Positions 1 to 10,931 of a stretch of DNA of 64,000 bases are shown in pieces. How positions within the stretch are numbered: the stretch's first letter is position 1; every line of letters starts with the position of its first letter. The DNA comes from Candidatus Latescibacterota bacterium (GTDB taxonomy: Bacteria; Latescibacterota; UBA2968; UBA8231): NCBI GenBank assembly GCA_965197905.1, contig CBDAOB010000003.1:160001-224000 (forward strand), read 5' to 3'. Below the pieces are notes generated by a model. The model did not search any database. It was not told where the DNA came from and was given only the letters and a program-made list of their open reading frames with translations. The position numbers and the translations under genes are program-made.

Positions 1-823
1 GCGTCAGCGGCCAGATATCCGGCGAGTAGGCATCGCGGTCGAACAGGCTGCGGCGGTACGCGCTGGCTCCCTCGGGCCAATGGGGTGGGATGGGCTGAGT
101 GTAGCGGTGGGGTGGACCGATCTCCTTGAAGACGTAATTGAAGAGGATCCGGTAAACCTGCGAGGAATCGACCGGTTTGGCTGAGACACCGTGGAAGCAG
201 CGGGCATTGAGAAACACCATGCTGCCGGGAGGAAGCTCCAGGGCGCGCACTTCGAGGTGGCGCCCCGCTTCCTCATCGTGCTCACCCGCCAGCAGACTCT
301 GCTCGGCGACACCGGGCAATGGGGCGACTCTGTGGCTTCCCGGTATGACGCATAATTCAGCGTCGCCGAAGGTGAATCCAAGAGGGTAGTAAAGCATCTG
401 GATATACCAGCGCCCGCGCTCTTCGACGTTGATCTGATTGTCGTGGTTCCAGTGATGGTGATCCTGGTGAAAACGCAGGCGCTCGGCCCCACGCGAGGTC
501 AGGCCGATGGTGGAGTGGCAGAAATGGAAGCCGTCGCTGTCCAGAGCCTCGAGCAGAGCACGGACGAAAGGGGCATCGAACAACTGGTCCGACCAGAATT
601 TCTTGTTGTCCCAATTCCGAATCCCCAGTCCAGGCTCGCGCTCCGCTTCGGGTTTGGCCAGGTGTTCGGCGACGGTCTCGTGAGCCAGGATCTCGTCGAT
701 GAGACCGCGCAAGGCTTCGTCGCACAACACATCCGGGAAGGCGACATATCCATCTTCGTGGAAGGCGGCAAGGTCGTCCGGTGACGGCGCGGTAAGACGG
801 AATAGCCCTGTGGCGGCAGTCAT
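1..823 (-). CDS. PhyH-family dioxygenase, 3' end runs off the window
   Basis: Not in the ORF track because it has no stop. My translation from ATG 823: MTAATGLFRL...FHEDGYVAF...FHQDHHHW...VIPGSH...PPGSMVFLNARCFHGV (HxD...H iron triad). Confidence 0.85.
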   Translation of the reverse strand, partial: MTAATGLFRLTAPSPDDLAAFHEDGYVAFPDVLCDEALRGLIDEILAHETVAEHLAKPEAEREPGLGIRNWDNKKFWSDQLFDAPFVRALLEALDSDGFHFCHSTIGLTSRGAERLRFHQDHHHWNHDNQINVEERGRWYIQMLYYPLGFTFGDAELCVIPGSHRVAPLPGVAEQSLLAGEHDEEAGRHLEVRALELPPGSMVFLNARCFHGVSAKPVDSSQVYRILFNYVFKEIGPPHRYTQPIPPHWPEGASAYRRSLFDRDAYSPDIWPLT

Positions 824-960
824 ACGCTCAAGGTCCTGGTCCACGTGGAATGGAAAATAGGTCGTACAGGTGGTGGAGGCGGCGATATCTCGGTAGAATA
901 ACGCAAGCGTTTGGACCGAGACAAGCTTGTCCTATTTTGACTAGTAAACGGGAGGCAGCT

Positions 961-3390
961 ATGAGTCCGCAGAATTCGACCAAATCAAAACACGCGGGGG
1001 CCACGGCCGCGAGATTGAAGGAACTGCCCTACGAGAAGCGGGTCTGCCGGCTGGAGGACACCGGTATTCTGCGGCCCAAACGGGCGGGCAGCGATCGTTC
1101 CCTCGAGGACGACGTCGCGATGCTCAAAGAAGTGGGACTCGAAGTCCTGGTTATTGGACCGGAGCTCTTCCGAGAGCTGCCCAGCTTCAAGTCGGACGTG
1201 ATTCCCCCGCCTCCCGATGACGATCCGGATTGGGTGCCTGCGGGCTTGGACCTGCTGCATAAGGCCGGAATTCTCGTACTCACCTACTATCCGCTGAATT
1301 GGCCCTCCAAGCCGCTGGCGCCGACGCACCCGGAGTGGGGGATGTGTTATCTGGATGACGGCAGGCCGATTCCCAAGAGCCACGGGGTGGTCTGTTTCAA
1401 CTCTCCCTACCGCGACTGGCTGCCGGAATATCTCAACGAGTATCTCGATCTCTACGATATCGACGGATTCTATTTCGACGACACCAACTGGGGTTCCCAT
1501 CTGGACGAATACCCTCAGCTGGAAGGCTATTACTTAGGCAATTTTGTCTCCTGCTGCTGCCCGTATTGCGAGCAACTCTTTCGCCAGGATACCGGGCTCG
1601 AGATTCCGCGAAAGATCGATTTCGAGTCTCAGGAGTTCAGGCATTTTCTCAACTGGCGGTACGACACGTTCAAGAGCTTCCTGCATCACGTATTCGGCCG
1701 CGTAAAAGAGAGACATCCCGACACCATTCTCGACCTGAATTATTATGGGTGGCCGGCAACCGATTGGAGATGGGGTCACCCTCTGAACTCCCTGCACCTG
1801 GAGGATGTGGACAGTTGTTGGTTCGTTGAGTCCATAACCGGGTCGCTGCGCGAGCCCGCTTTTATCGCCAAATGGCTCCGAGCCACCGGAACCCCATTCG
1901 CCGTCTTTCGCAATGTTGCGCAGACGCTCACCGGGTTTCGCGGCGCTCCGTACGCCGAACCGTTTTCAGCCGCCGTTTTTTCGTTCGCGTCCATCGCCAA
2001 CGGCGGCCAACCCTGTGGAGATCCCTTCGGTGGTATTACGGTTCTTCGCAAAGACACCATGAAATGGGTCTACGGGGAGCTACAGAAGCGGCGCGACTAC
2101 ATCCAGGGCGAAACCGTAAAGTATGTCGCGCTCCATCTGTCGCAGCAGAACAGAGATTTTCGACCGTCGGAGTTGCCCAAGAACATGGGAAAGATTCCTA
2201 AGAGGCAGACCGCGCAGAAAGACGCTCACGGTGCCTACGAGATTCTCAACCGCTCGCACCTCCTGTTCGATTTCGTTCTCGACGAACGTCTGACCCACGA
2301 GCATCTCTCTCAGTATCGGGTGATTTTCCTCTCCAACAGCGCCTACCTCTCCGAGCGGCAGTGTGACGACCTGAGAAAGCTCGTGGAAGAAGGCTGCACC
2401 CTCATCGCTACCCACGAAACGTCGCTATTGGATGAGCTGGGGCGGGCGCGAGGCGAGTTCGCGCTGGCCGATGTATTCGGCGTGGATTTCCGCGGCTCAC
2501 ACGGCGGCGAGGATGACCACGCTGTAGTCTACGTCCCGCAGGATTCGGAGTTGGCACGGGACTTCGGGCATGTCATCTGCTTCTACGGTCAGGAATCTTC
2601 GGTGTCTGTTCGACCCGACGCAGATCTGGAGATTCTGTGTACCCGGACCAGTCTGGATAGTCTGGAGAGATTCGATCCGGGGAAAGAGTACGATTCAGCC
2701 GAGCCGACGGTGACCGTAAACCAGTACGGCAAAGGCCATTGTAGCCTGCCAGTCGGGCAAGCCGCTAATCGCGTCCGAAACGGGCAGGCCATTTACATCG
2801 CCGGGGATGTTGGCGGGGCGTACCTGAACAATCCGTACCCGCCGTTGAAACGGTTCGTCGCCTACCTGATCAAGCGCACCAGGGCGCCCATGGAGATCGA
2901 GGCCCCGGAAGCCATCGAGGCCACGGCCGCCGTGAGAGACAGCGGTGAGCTGATGATTCCCCGGCGAGGGTGCGTCCCTCGACACCCTCGACCGATTGCA
3001 AACTTCCCTGCGCGAGCGCTGATCGCGGATGTCGCGGATGTACTGGTGCGCATCCGTTTTCTCGACCCGGAACTTCCCAACTCCCATGGTGATAATCCGC
3101 AGGTAGCTAGAGTAGATCTGATCGCCGGTGATGTGACCGGAAAGGCGGAGCGCGACGCCGACAGCAACGAGAGCACGCGCGTTGCGGCGCGTTTCACTGC
3201 CAGCGATTGGCGCCGGGATGGCGATTTCCACAGCGTGGAGTTTCGACTGGAGACGGTAACGGCCAACGGCTACCTGCGCGTACGCGGCACGAACGGCAGC
3301 GAGCTGGAACCTGAAGAAGATCCCAAGGGCGAGGATCCCTGGAGCGATCTCTGGTTCTATTCGAATCCGGTATTTCTGAACGTGGAATAG
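961..3390 (+). CDS. GHL6-like/beta-galactosidase-trimerisation-domain glycoside hydrolase-like protein with a foreign C-terminus fused in frame at about 2958
   Basis: GGAGG before ATG 961. Motifs CFNSPY, DGFYFD, CCCPYC, LIATHETSL. Similarity to the paralog at 63081 ends at GELMI; the tail DPWSDLWFYSNP resembles PHP-phosphoesterase C-termini. Confidence 0.7.
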   Translation: MSPQNSTKSKHAGATAARLKELPYEKRVCRLEDTGILRPKRAGSDRSLEDDVAMLKEVGLEVLVIGPELFRELPSFKSDVIPPPPDDDPDWVPAGLDLLHKAGILVLTYYPLNWPSKPLAPTHPEWGMCYLDDGRPIPKSHGVVCFNSPYRDWLPEYLNEYLDLYDIDGFYFDDTNWGSHLDEYPQLEGYYLGNFVSCCCPYCEQLFRQDTGLEIPRKIDFESQEFRHFLNWRYDTFKSFLHHVFGRVKERHPDTILDLNYYGWPATDWRWGHPLNSLHLEDVDSCWFVESITGSLREPAFIAKWLRATGTPFAVFRNVAQTLTGFRGAPYAEPFSAAVFSFASIANGGQPCGDPFGGITVLRKDTMKWVYGELQKRRDYIQGETVKYVALHLSQQNRDFRPSELPKNMGKIPKRQTAQKDAHGAYEILNRSHLLFDFVLDERLTHEHLSQYRVIFLSNSAYLSERQCDDLRKLVEEGCTLIATHETSLLDELGRARGEFALADVFGVDFRGSHGGEDDHAVVYVPQDSELARDFGHVICFYGQESSVSVRPDADLEILCTRTSLDSLERFDPGKEYDSAEPTVTVNQYGKGHCSLPVGQAANRVRNGQAIYIAGDVGGAYLNNPYPPLKRFVAYLIKRTRAPMEIEAPEAIEATAAVRDSGELMIPRRGCVPRHPRPIANFPARALIADVADVLVRIRFLDPELPNSHGDNPQVARVDLIAGDVTGKAERDADSNESTRVAARFTASDWRRDGDFHSVEFRLETVTANGYLRVRGTNGSELEPEEDPKGEDPWSDLWFYSNPVFLNVE

Positions 3391-3538
3391 CGGGGCAGGG
3401 GTCCAGGTCACGAACGGAATCATGCCACGTTCGATACCAACAAGGCAGGTTTTGCCCTACCCGCGCCTCGGGGCTTCGGTTAATATTTAGTAGGTGTCGA
3501 GATAGCAACGGTGACAACCACTCAACAAGGGTTCGTTC

Positions 3539-3838
3539 ATGCCTTTAGTGCAAGACATCCTGGTGTTGTTCCAATCCACGCCAGGCCTGGATGCCGCTGT
3601 AACCGCCTGGTCCCGTTACGAGGCGTCGAAGGGTAGTACCATCCCTGACCTGTCCGACGAGGCGGAGCCCCCCTATGGCACGGCAATGGAGGCGATGCGC
3701 GACGGCTGGCAGGTCATCCAGATGTCGGAATTGAAACAGCGCTTGCCCGACGACGCCTACGAAGACGGTCCGCTGCCCTACCAAACGGTGCTGTCGAGAT
3801 TCAACGAAATCGAAGAGGGGAACGAGGAACAGTCATGA
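3539..3838 (+). CDS. Conserved-looking hypothetical protein coupled to the downstream PhyH gene
   Basis: 99-aa ORF with PPY..AMRDGWQVIQ; its stop overlaps the next ATG (ATGA 3835-3838). Confidence 0.7.
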   Translation: MPLVQDILVLFQSTPGLDAAVTAWSRYEASKGSTIPDLSDEAEPPYGTAMEAMRDGWQVIQMSELKQRLPDDAYEDGPLPYQTVLSRFNEIEEGNEEQS

Positions 3839-4659
3839 CGGATCATCTTCTGTCATCAGTGCAGATGGCACAATTCGTAAGCCACGGGTATCTGAAATTC
3901 GACGACATGGTGCCGCGGGAGTTGTGTGAAGGCTGCCTCGAAGAGATGCGAAACAACAAGGGGTATCTCGAGGTGGGGACACCGTTCGAGGATACCTGGC
4001 CGCAGGGAACGGCTCTGGGTGACGCGTTTCGGCTACCCGCCGTGCGCGGCTTGATCCACTCATTGGTTGGCCCGGACCCACTCTACGACCATCATGCCGC
4101 CCACTATGTTGGCGGACAGAAGCTCATGGGACCGAACAAACATCAGGACTCGGTGATCGATTTCCGTGAGAACTATTTCGACATCCAGCTGTCGCTTTTC
4201 CCCGCCGACACGCCCGATGAAATGGGAGGCACCTTTCTGATCCCAGGGACCCAATTCCGCAATGTGCGCACCAGCGAAATCAGTTTTTACCAGCATATGC
4301 GCGGCAAGGTCTGGGCCTCTTGCTCGGCAGGGACCATGTACGTGTGGAACACCCGCGTCTGGCACGGCGCCCGCAGCAATCACACCGATCAAGAACGGTA
4401 CATGTACAAGCTGCGGTTGAATCCGACGCGACCTCAGGTGAAGAACTTCGACACCTCGGATCTGGACGATCCAGAGATCGACAAGGTTTTGAGCTACAAC
4501 CACGGTTGGGAAGGGAACGATTTCCGCTACGAGCTCATGCGGCGGGTGAAACTGTGGCGTTTCGTATCCGATCAGCCAGATTACGATGTGGGAGAGCGTT
4601 TCCTGCGCCGCATCGAATACCTCCCGGGTCACCGAGTGACGGGGTTCGTGGCCCGCTGA
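3835..4659 (+). CDS. PhyH-family dioxygenase
   Basis: FVSHGYL, HQDS, LIPGT, VWHG. Confidence 0.85.
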   Translation: MTDHLLSSVQMAQFVSHGYLKFDDMVPRELCEGCLEEMRNNKGYLEVGTPFEDTWPQGTALGDAFRLPAVRGLIHSLVGPDPLYDHHAAHYVGGQKLMGPNKHQDSVIDFRENYFDIQLSLFPADTPDEMGGTFLIPGTQFRNVRTSEISFYQHMRGKVWASCSAGTMYVWNTRVWHGARSNHTDQERYMYKLRLNPTRPQVKNFDTSDLDDPEIDKVLSYNHGWEGNDFRYELMRRVKLWRFVSDQPDYDVGERFLRRIEYLPGHRVTGFVAR

Positions 4660-4887
4660 GAATCAGACTCTCCGAATTTACGGGGCCTCCAAGGGTTTCC
4701 GAGCACCTCTCAACCGCCACCGCAAAGCTGAAACGAGGTAGGCTTACACGGGCCGTTTCGCCCGTGCCCAGCCGACTTTACGAGAGGAGACCGGTTTATT
4801 TTGTTCGTAAGAATGATCAAGACGAAGAAATGTGCTCAGGAGTGCCCGGATCCCACCCCCATATCACATTAACTACGGTGCAAGAAT

Positions 4888-5709
4888 ATGAAAACCGATC
4901 TGACTCAAGAGCAGATAGATGATTACCGACGAGACGGCTGTCTCATCCTCGAGGAGTTCCTCGCCAACAAAGAGCTGGAGACCCTTACCGCGGCCATCAC
5001 CAAGTGCGTAGAGGAGATGGGGTCATGGAAGCTGAGTGGTGAAGTGGGTCGGACTGATAGGTGGAAACAGGGAAACGAGTATTACGACCGGGTGTTTATC
5101 CAGCGCATAAACCTGTGGAAGATCAACGAAACGGTGAAGAGCTTTTTCCTCGACCCGGAGCTGGGAGAGATGCTGTGCCAATTGGAAGGTATAGATGGCA
5201 TCCGGGTGTGGCACGACCAGACGCTGCAGAAACAGCCCTGGGCGAACCCCACGGCCTGGCACTCGGACGACCCGAAGTGGTCGTTCCACACTCCCCACGC
5301 GATCTCGATCTGGATCGCCCTGGATGACACGACGGTACAAAACGGCTGCATGTACTACCTCCCGGGTTCCCACAAGCTGGGGAGCTACGAGAATCTGGCG
5401 ATTCGCGAGGACACGGGTGGTTATTTCGAGGTGTTCCCGCAGTTCAAACGGGTACAGCCGATAGTTGGGGAAATGAAAGCGGGGGACGCGGGCATCCACA
5501 ACGGATTGACCGCCCACGGCGCCGGGCCCAACATGACCCCGGGGTGGCGGCGGGCGATGACCTGTGCTTATATGCCGGATGGAGCAACTTTCAACGGCAT
5601 TCCAAACATCCTGTCGAAAGAGCAGCTGGCCAACCTCGAGGTGGGTGACGTTCTGGACGATGAAAGTCAGAACCCGCTGGTCTGGTCGACGGAGATGGTG
5701 GCAAGCTAG
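4888..5709 (+). CDS. PhyH-family dioxygenase
   Basis: YRRDG, TAWHSD, WIALDD, NGCMYYLPGSH, AHGAGPN. Confidence 0.92.
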   Translation: MKTDLTQEQIDDYRRDGCLILEEFLANKELETLTAAITKCVEEMGSWKLSGEVGRTDRWKQGNEYYDRVFIQRINLWKINETVKSFFLDPELGEMLCQLEGIDGIRVWHDQTLQKQPWANPTAWHSDDPKWSFHTPHAISIWIALDDTTVQNGCMYYLPGSHKLGSYENLAIREDTGGYFEVFPQFKRVQPIVGEMKAGDAGIHNGLTAHGAGPNMTPGWRRAMTCAYMPDGATFNGIPNILSKEQLANLEVGDVLDDESQNPLVWSTEMVAS

Positions 5710-5757
5710 CTGCCGGAGCAGGTCCATCCGGCGGGGGCACCCAACTCTAGGATTCAA

Positions 5758-6891
5758 ATGAAAATCACCGATGTTCGAACCACGCTTTTCAAGTGTATCA
5801 CGCGCACCGCGCCGGACACGGATGGTCATGGTCATCCCGCGCCGGAGCGGGAATCGACGTCGACGATGCTGCAGATCGACACCGACCAAGGGGTCAGCGG
5901 GTACTGGTTCGGCACCAATCCGGCCGCGATCGAAAACCTGGTCAAACCGTCGATAGTTGGGAAGGATCCGTTCTACCGCGAAGCGATCTGGCAAGACTTG
6001 AACGAGCGTCAGCGTCTCAACGCCAGCACCTTGTCCGACCCTGTTATCTGCTCGGTCGACCTGGCTCTGTGGGACTTGGCGGGTCGTGCCCTGAACACTC
6101 CAGTGTACAAGATGCTCGGAGGATATCGAGACAAGGTGCCGGCCTACGCGAGCACGATGTGCGGTGATGATTTGGAAAACGGACTGTCAACGCCGGGCGA
6201 CTACGCGAGGTTTGCCGAGTGGGCGATGGAGCGGAAGTATCCGGCGTTCAAGCTGCATACGTGGCAGCCGCCGTATGAAGGCGCTCCCAGCGTCAAGCGG
6301 GATCTGGAGGCGTGCGCCGCGGTGCGGGAGGTAACCGGTCCGGATGTGCCGTGTATGCTGGATCCGTATCACTACTACGATCGCGAGGCGGCATTGACCC
6401 TGGCCAAGGGCCTTGAGGAGCTGAGCTACTACTGGCTGGAAGAGCCGATGGACGAGCACAGCATGTCGTCCTACATCTGGCTGACCGCACAGACCTCAAC
6501 GCCCATATGCGGCCCCGAGACCTGCGAAGGCAAGATGTACGTGCGGGCGGAGTGGATCAAGAACAACGCTTGCGACATCAGTCGGTGCGGCGTCGGCGAT
6601 GTAGGTGGGTTGACCCCGTTGATGAAAACGATTCACCTGTGTGAGTCGTTCGGAATGCGCTGCGAGATTCACGGTGGTGGTTTCGCAAACCTCGCGGCAC
6701 TCTGCGCCATGAAGAACGGCGAATTCTACGAACGCGGGCTGCTGCATCCGTTCGTTGACTACGAGCGGGTCCCCGAATGGCTGCACGAGCTACCCGATCC
6801 GATGGATGATGAGGGGTTTGTGCACGTTTCTCAGCTGCCCGGCCTGGGCATGAACATCAACTTCGATTACATCGAGAAGAACCGGGTCTGA
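5758..6891 (+). CDS. Mandelate racemase/muconate lactonising enzyme (enolase superfamily) dehydratase
   Basis: DLALWDLAG, LGGYRDKVPAYAS, metal ligands MLDP/LEEP/GPE, PGLG. Confidence 0.9.
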   Translation: MKITDVRTTLFKCITRTAPDTDGHGHPAPERESTSTMLQIDTDQGVSGYWFGTNPAAIENLVKPSIVGKDPFYREAIWQDLNERQRLNASTLSDPVICSVDLALWDLAGRALNTPVYKMLGGYRDKVPAYASTMCGDDLENGLSTPGDYARFAEWAMERKYPAFKLHTWQPPYEGAPSVKRDLEACAAVREVTGPDVPCMLDPYHYYDREAALTLAKGLEELSYYWLEEPMDEHSMSSYIWLTAQTSTPICGPETCEGKMYVRAEWIKNNACDISRCGVGDVGGLTPLMKTIHLCESFGMRCEIHGGGFANLAALCAMKNGEFYERGLLHPFVDYERVPEWLHELPDPMDDEGFVHVSQLPGLGMNINFDYIEKNRV

Positions 6892-6958
6892 GGAGAGGGT
6901 TTCCGACATTACGGGCGCTGCATAGCCCTTCGCTCAGTCTTGCCGTCGGGCTGTTGCG

Positions 6959-8260
6959 CTAGTAAGGAGCGGGTTCGGAGCCTTTGGGAACATATTTGAA
7001 ATAGTCCCCGGTGTCGGCGCACCATTCGCGCAGGAAGGATCGCATTCGCACCAGGTCCGGAGTGAAGCGGGAGCTCGAGGCTAGATTCACCATCTCTCCC
7101 GGATCGGCTTCCAGATCAAACAGCTGCTCGCGATACCGACCCCATTCGTAGATTACGTACTTCATGTGGTCATCGAACGCCGCGCGGCCGACCACGCCGT
7201 ACTCGTGGCGGTCGGTGACAACGACCAGCTGCTTGCGCCAGGATTCCTCGGCTTCTCTAGATTCTTCCACCAGCGGTCGGAGCGAGCGGCCCCGCAAACC
7301 GTCTGGTAGATCGGTCTCGGCGTAATCGCAGAAGGTCGGCAGGATGTCGAGCCCGGTGGATACAAAGGCGTTAGAGAGAGCAGCCTCGCTTCCCGACGGC
7401 GGTTTTAGGATGAACGGCACCTTCAGCGCCTCCTCGTAGAGCACGTTCTTCCACAGCCATTGATGGGCGCCGGCGCAATCGCCGTGATCACTGATGAAGA
7501 GCACCAGGGTATCGTCGTACTGTCCCGAATCGCGCAAGGAGTCGAGAACGATGCCGATCTGAGCGTCGGCCATTTCGATCATGCGGAAGTAGGCGTTGCG
7601 GTAGCGCCGCCACCAGTTGGGATCGTCGATGGGTTGATGTGCCGGGTACGCGGGGGTATGGCCGCCGAGATACGCCTTTATGCACTGGGGCGTGAAGGGC
7701 GCCATGTGATGATTGGGCGGCAGGACCGGACAGTCGTGGATGGGACGTTCTTCGACGGCACCGAGGTAGGTGTCCTGGTCCCTCGCCCACTGATAGATGT
7801 TGTGCGGGTTGATGAAGGAAGAGACGAGAAAGAACGGATTGTCGCCTTGGTTGCGCCCGCGCAGGAACTCGGCGGAGCGCTCGGCGGTGATGTCATCCCC
7901 TTTGGGAGCAAGTGGTTGATAGCCACAAACGTCAGGGTCCTCGCTCAACGCGAAAGCCCGGTTGCCGGCGTAATAACAATCGTAACCAGAGCCGGACAGG
8001 ATGCGGCCGAGCGTTTGTTCAGGGTGAGCGATGCGGTTGTCGTCATCGAACTCGACCTGATGGGGCAACCTGCCGGTGTGGAGGCTGTTGCGCGCGGGGG
8101 CGCAGGAGGGCGCGGCGCAGTAGGCGCGCTCGAAACGCATACTGTCGGCGGCAAGGCGGTCCATTGCCGGGGTGGAGATCTCGACGTTGCCGGTGCAGCT
8201 CATAGCGGAGGCCGACTGTTCGTCGGTGAAGATCAGCAGGATGTTGGGTCGGTTGGGCAT
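6959..8260 (-). CDS. Cys-type sulfatase
   Basis: RPNILLIFTDEQ, CAPARNSLHTG (CxPxR), SDHGD. Start set at MPNRPN. Confidence 0.92.
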   Translation of the reverse strand: MPNRPNILLIFTDEQSASAMSCTGNVEISTPAMDRLAADSMRFERAYCAAPSCAPARNSLHTGRLPHQVEFDDDNRIAHPEQTLGRILSGSGYDCYYAGNRAFALSEDPDVCGYQPLAPKGDDITAERSAEFLRGRNQGDNPFFLVSSFINPHNIYQWARDQDTYLGAVEERPIHDCPVLPPNHHMAPFTPQCIKAYLGGHTPAYPAHQPIDDPNWWRRYRNAYFRMIEMADAQIGIVLDSLRDSGQYDDTLVLFISDHGDCAGAHQWLWKNVLYEEALKVPFILKPPSGSEAALSNAFVSTGLDILPTFCDYAETDLPDGLRGRSLRPLVEESREAEESWRKQLVVVTDRHEYGVVGRAAFDDHMKYVIYEWGRYREQLFDLEADPGEMVNLASSSRFTPDLVRMRSFLREWCADTGDYFKYVPKGSEPAPY

Positions 8261-8430
8261 CGATTTCTCCCGGGCAGAATGCGGTCTCGGGTTTGATGTA
8301 GCGGACGACGCCGAGGAAACTACGGCCGTGCCTGGCGGCGTCAACCAGCCCTCACGCACTGGCGCCGGGGTTGGAGAATGAAGAGATTGCTGATGCGGAA
8401 CAGGACCCGATAAAAGGGAGGGACGCGACT

Positions 8431-9351
8431 ATGGGCAACTACGAATTCAAAATGGGGATGTATCTGGGCGAGCTGCAGCAGCCGTTCGAGGACTCACTGG
8501 CTACCGCCCGCGACATCGGCGCCAAGTACGTCTGGTGTGGCAACTACTCCCAAAACCAGATGATGTGCGAGCTTCCGGACAAAGATCTCGACAAAGCGGT
8601 GGAGCAGGTGGCGGGCCACAATCTCGAGATCTTCCTGCTCGATGGCGGGGGACTCTTGAAGGGTGTCCATCTGGCCGAGCTACAGCCGGGCAAGATGCTG
8701 GAGCACGAGAAGTTCAAACAAGAGCTCGACACCCTCGAGCGCTCGATGGAGGTCTCGTCGCGGCTGGGGATAGGTGCGGTTTCCTGCTGCAGCTTCGCCT
8801 GGCCGGCGGAGTACACGGCGGGCAAACCGACCTGGCCCATGCGCTGGGCGACGCGGGGCGGAATTATATCCGATGGCGATATGGAGAAGCTGGTGGAGGC
8901 GCTTTCGATGATCGCCGACCTGGCCGAAAAATTCGACATCGACGTTGCCTTTTTGATGATGCAGTGGAACTTCGGCAATACGAGTCGAAACTTCCGGCGC
9001 ATCGCCGAAGCGGTGGGTTCACGCCGGTTCAAAGCGCTCTGGTGCCCCGCGGACGCCCTAAATTGCGGCGAGTCTGACAATGCGACAGCGGGCTTCGAGA
9101 ATCTGCGACCGTACCTCTACGGAGTGCATGGCAAGGATATGCACACCATAAACGGCGAGAAGCTCGAGTTCGAGTACTTGCCGATTGGAGAGGGGGACGT
9201 GGATTATCCGACAATTCTGAGGAACCTGCGGGACAACAACTGCGATGTGGTGCTGTCGATCGCGACTCACTTCTCGCCACCCAGCGGTTCGAAGATCGAG
9301 GCGATGGAGACGAACTACACCAACATTCGTCGGCTGATCAGCGAAATCTAG
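8431..9351 (+). CDS. Sugar phosphate isomerase/epimerase (xylose-isomerase-like TIM barrel)
   Basis: HGKD, PIGEGDVDY; RBS GGGAGG; paralog of 52368-53303. Confidence 0.8.
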   Translation: MGNYEFKMGMYLGELQQPFEDSLATARDIGAKYVWCGNYSQNQMMCELPDKDLDKAVEQVAGHNLEIFLLDGGGLLKGVHLAELQPGKMLEHEKFKQELDTLERSMEVSSRLGIGAVSCCSFAWPAEYTAGKPTWPMRWATRGGIISDGDMEKLVEALSMIADLAEKFDIDVAFLMMQWNFGNTSRNFRRIAEAVGSRRFKALWCPADALNCGESDNATAGFENLRPYLYGVHGKDMHTINGEKLEFEYLPIGEGDVDYPTILRNLRDNNCDVVLSIATHFSPPSGSKIEAMETNYTNIRRLISEI

Positions 9352-9500
9352 GGCGTTTCTACGGTCCCCGGACGGCTGTCTGCACCATCTTCGAGACCTT
9401 AGACTGATTTCTGCCGCCGCTTCGGGATCGTTGCTGAAGAAGACACAGGTCGTGTCGATGGGAGTCGATCTACGCGAGCGTGCCGGTCTCGCCCTCCAGC

Positions 9501-10865
9501 TCACTTCGAATAGGGAACACTTCCCACCTCATCGACCTCGTATCCCCACTTCTCCAGGTAATAACTCTCTTCTCGAAAGGGATCGTCAATCTGCGCCAGC
9601 AGCCGGGTTAACTCCTGCTCGAGTTCCTTTCTGATGCCAGCCGAGTTCGGGTCATCCGCCAGATTCGTCAACTGGTATGGATCCTGCAGATCGTCGAAGA
9701 GATAACACTCGCCTCGCGTTGTTCGCGCCCAGGTGTATCGACTCGTGCGCACGGCGCGGTATCCGGGATCTCCATGGTTTTTTGCGCTGAATGGCGAGAT
9801 GCTCATGTAAAGGGCCGCATGGTCCGCTTCGACCTGGTCGCGCACGCACGGCGACAAATCCTTACCCTCGACCACGGAGGGAATGTCGATTCCACACAAG
9901 CCCAACAGCGTGGGCATGATGTCGACGGTGCCCAGCGGGGTCATGAGCGTCCGGTTGGTACAATCGGATGTTATGGGTGGGTAGCGCAGCAGGAAAGGAA
10001 CGCGACACGATTCATCCCAAAAGACCTGTTTTATGAACGGCTCCTTGCGGTGAGACCCCATCATCTCGCCATGGTCGGAGGCAAAGATGAGAATGGTATT
10101 CTCTGCCAGATTGTTGGCCTTCAGAACCTCCACCATATCTCCCACGCATCGGTCTAGCGCCGCGATGTGGGCGTAATAACCGGCAGCCTCCTGTCGGGTG
10201 TATTTCTCGAACTCGGGATCGTCAAAGATGACGTTTGCCGAAAACGTCACCGCTTCGGGCGTAAACCTCCGCTGATATTCTTCGGGGGCATTGTCGTGGG
10301 GAAAATGGGGTGGTCCCAGCGACAAGGTCAGGAAGAAGGGTTTGTCCGAATCTGCGTGTTGCCGGATGTAAGCCGCGGCATCCTCGCACTGGGCGAATGC
10401 ATCGTAGCCTTCCCACTCTTTTATGTTTGCATCGTCGTTGTCGTAATACTTGGAACTCTGATAATCGTGAGTGCATTCCAACACCTTCCAGTAGTCGAAT
10501 CCCTGGCGGCGTTCCGGAGGGATGTAGCTCGAGCGACCCTGGCCATCCACATGCCACTTGCCGACGTAGGCGGTATCATACCCCGCACCCTTGAACGCCT
10601 TGCCGATGCTCTGCTCGTCCGGTGACAGCGGAATATCGTTCATGAACATGCCCGTCGAGGTTGGAAAACGTCCGGTCAACAAAGCGGCTCGCGCGGGGGT
10701 GCAGACGGGAGAGGTGGCAATGGCGTTGGCGAGGTTGAGCGACTCGGCGGCCAACCGGTCAATATTCGGAGTTATAGCGTTTGGGTCGCCGTTATATCCG
10801 GTCGCTTTGGCACGCCATTGATCGGTGAGGATGTAAAAGACATTCGGTTTAGAATTGCTGTCCAC
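9501..10865 (-). CDS. Cys-type sulfatase
   Basis: KPNVFYILTDQWR, CTPARAALLTG, YVGKWH, SDHGE. Confidence 0.93.
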   Translation of the reverse strand: MDSNSKPNVFYILTDQWRAKATGYNGDPNAITPNIDRLAAESLNLANAIATSPVCTPARAALLTGRFPTSTGMFMNDIPLSPDEQSIGKAFKGAGYDTAYVGKWHVDGQGRSSYIPPERRQGFDYWKVLECTHDYQSSKYYDNDDANIKEWEGYDAFAQCEDAAAYIRQHADSDKPFFLTLSLGPPHFPHDNAPEEYQRRFTPEAVTFSANVIFDDPEFEKYTRQEAAGYYAHIAALDRCVGDMVEVLKANNLAENTILIFASDHGEMMGSHRKEPFIKQVFWDESCRVPFLLRYPPITSDCTNRTLMTPLGTVDIMPTLLGLCGIDIPSVVEGKDLSPCVRDQVEADHAALYMSISPFSAKNHGDPGYRAVRTSRYTWARTTRGECYLFDDLQDPYQLTNLADDPNSAGIRKELEQELTRLLAQIDDPFREESYYLEKWGYEVDEVGSVPYSK

Positions 10866-10931
10866 GTCGTGCTCCTATGATGTTGGAACAAAACTCTTGC
10901 CTGGGTTCGGTCGGTTTGGTAGCAGTTAAAT

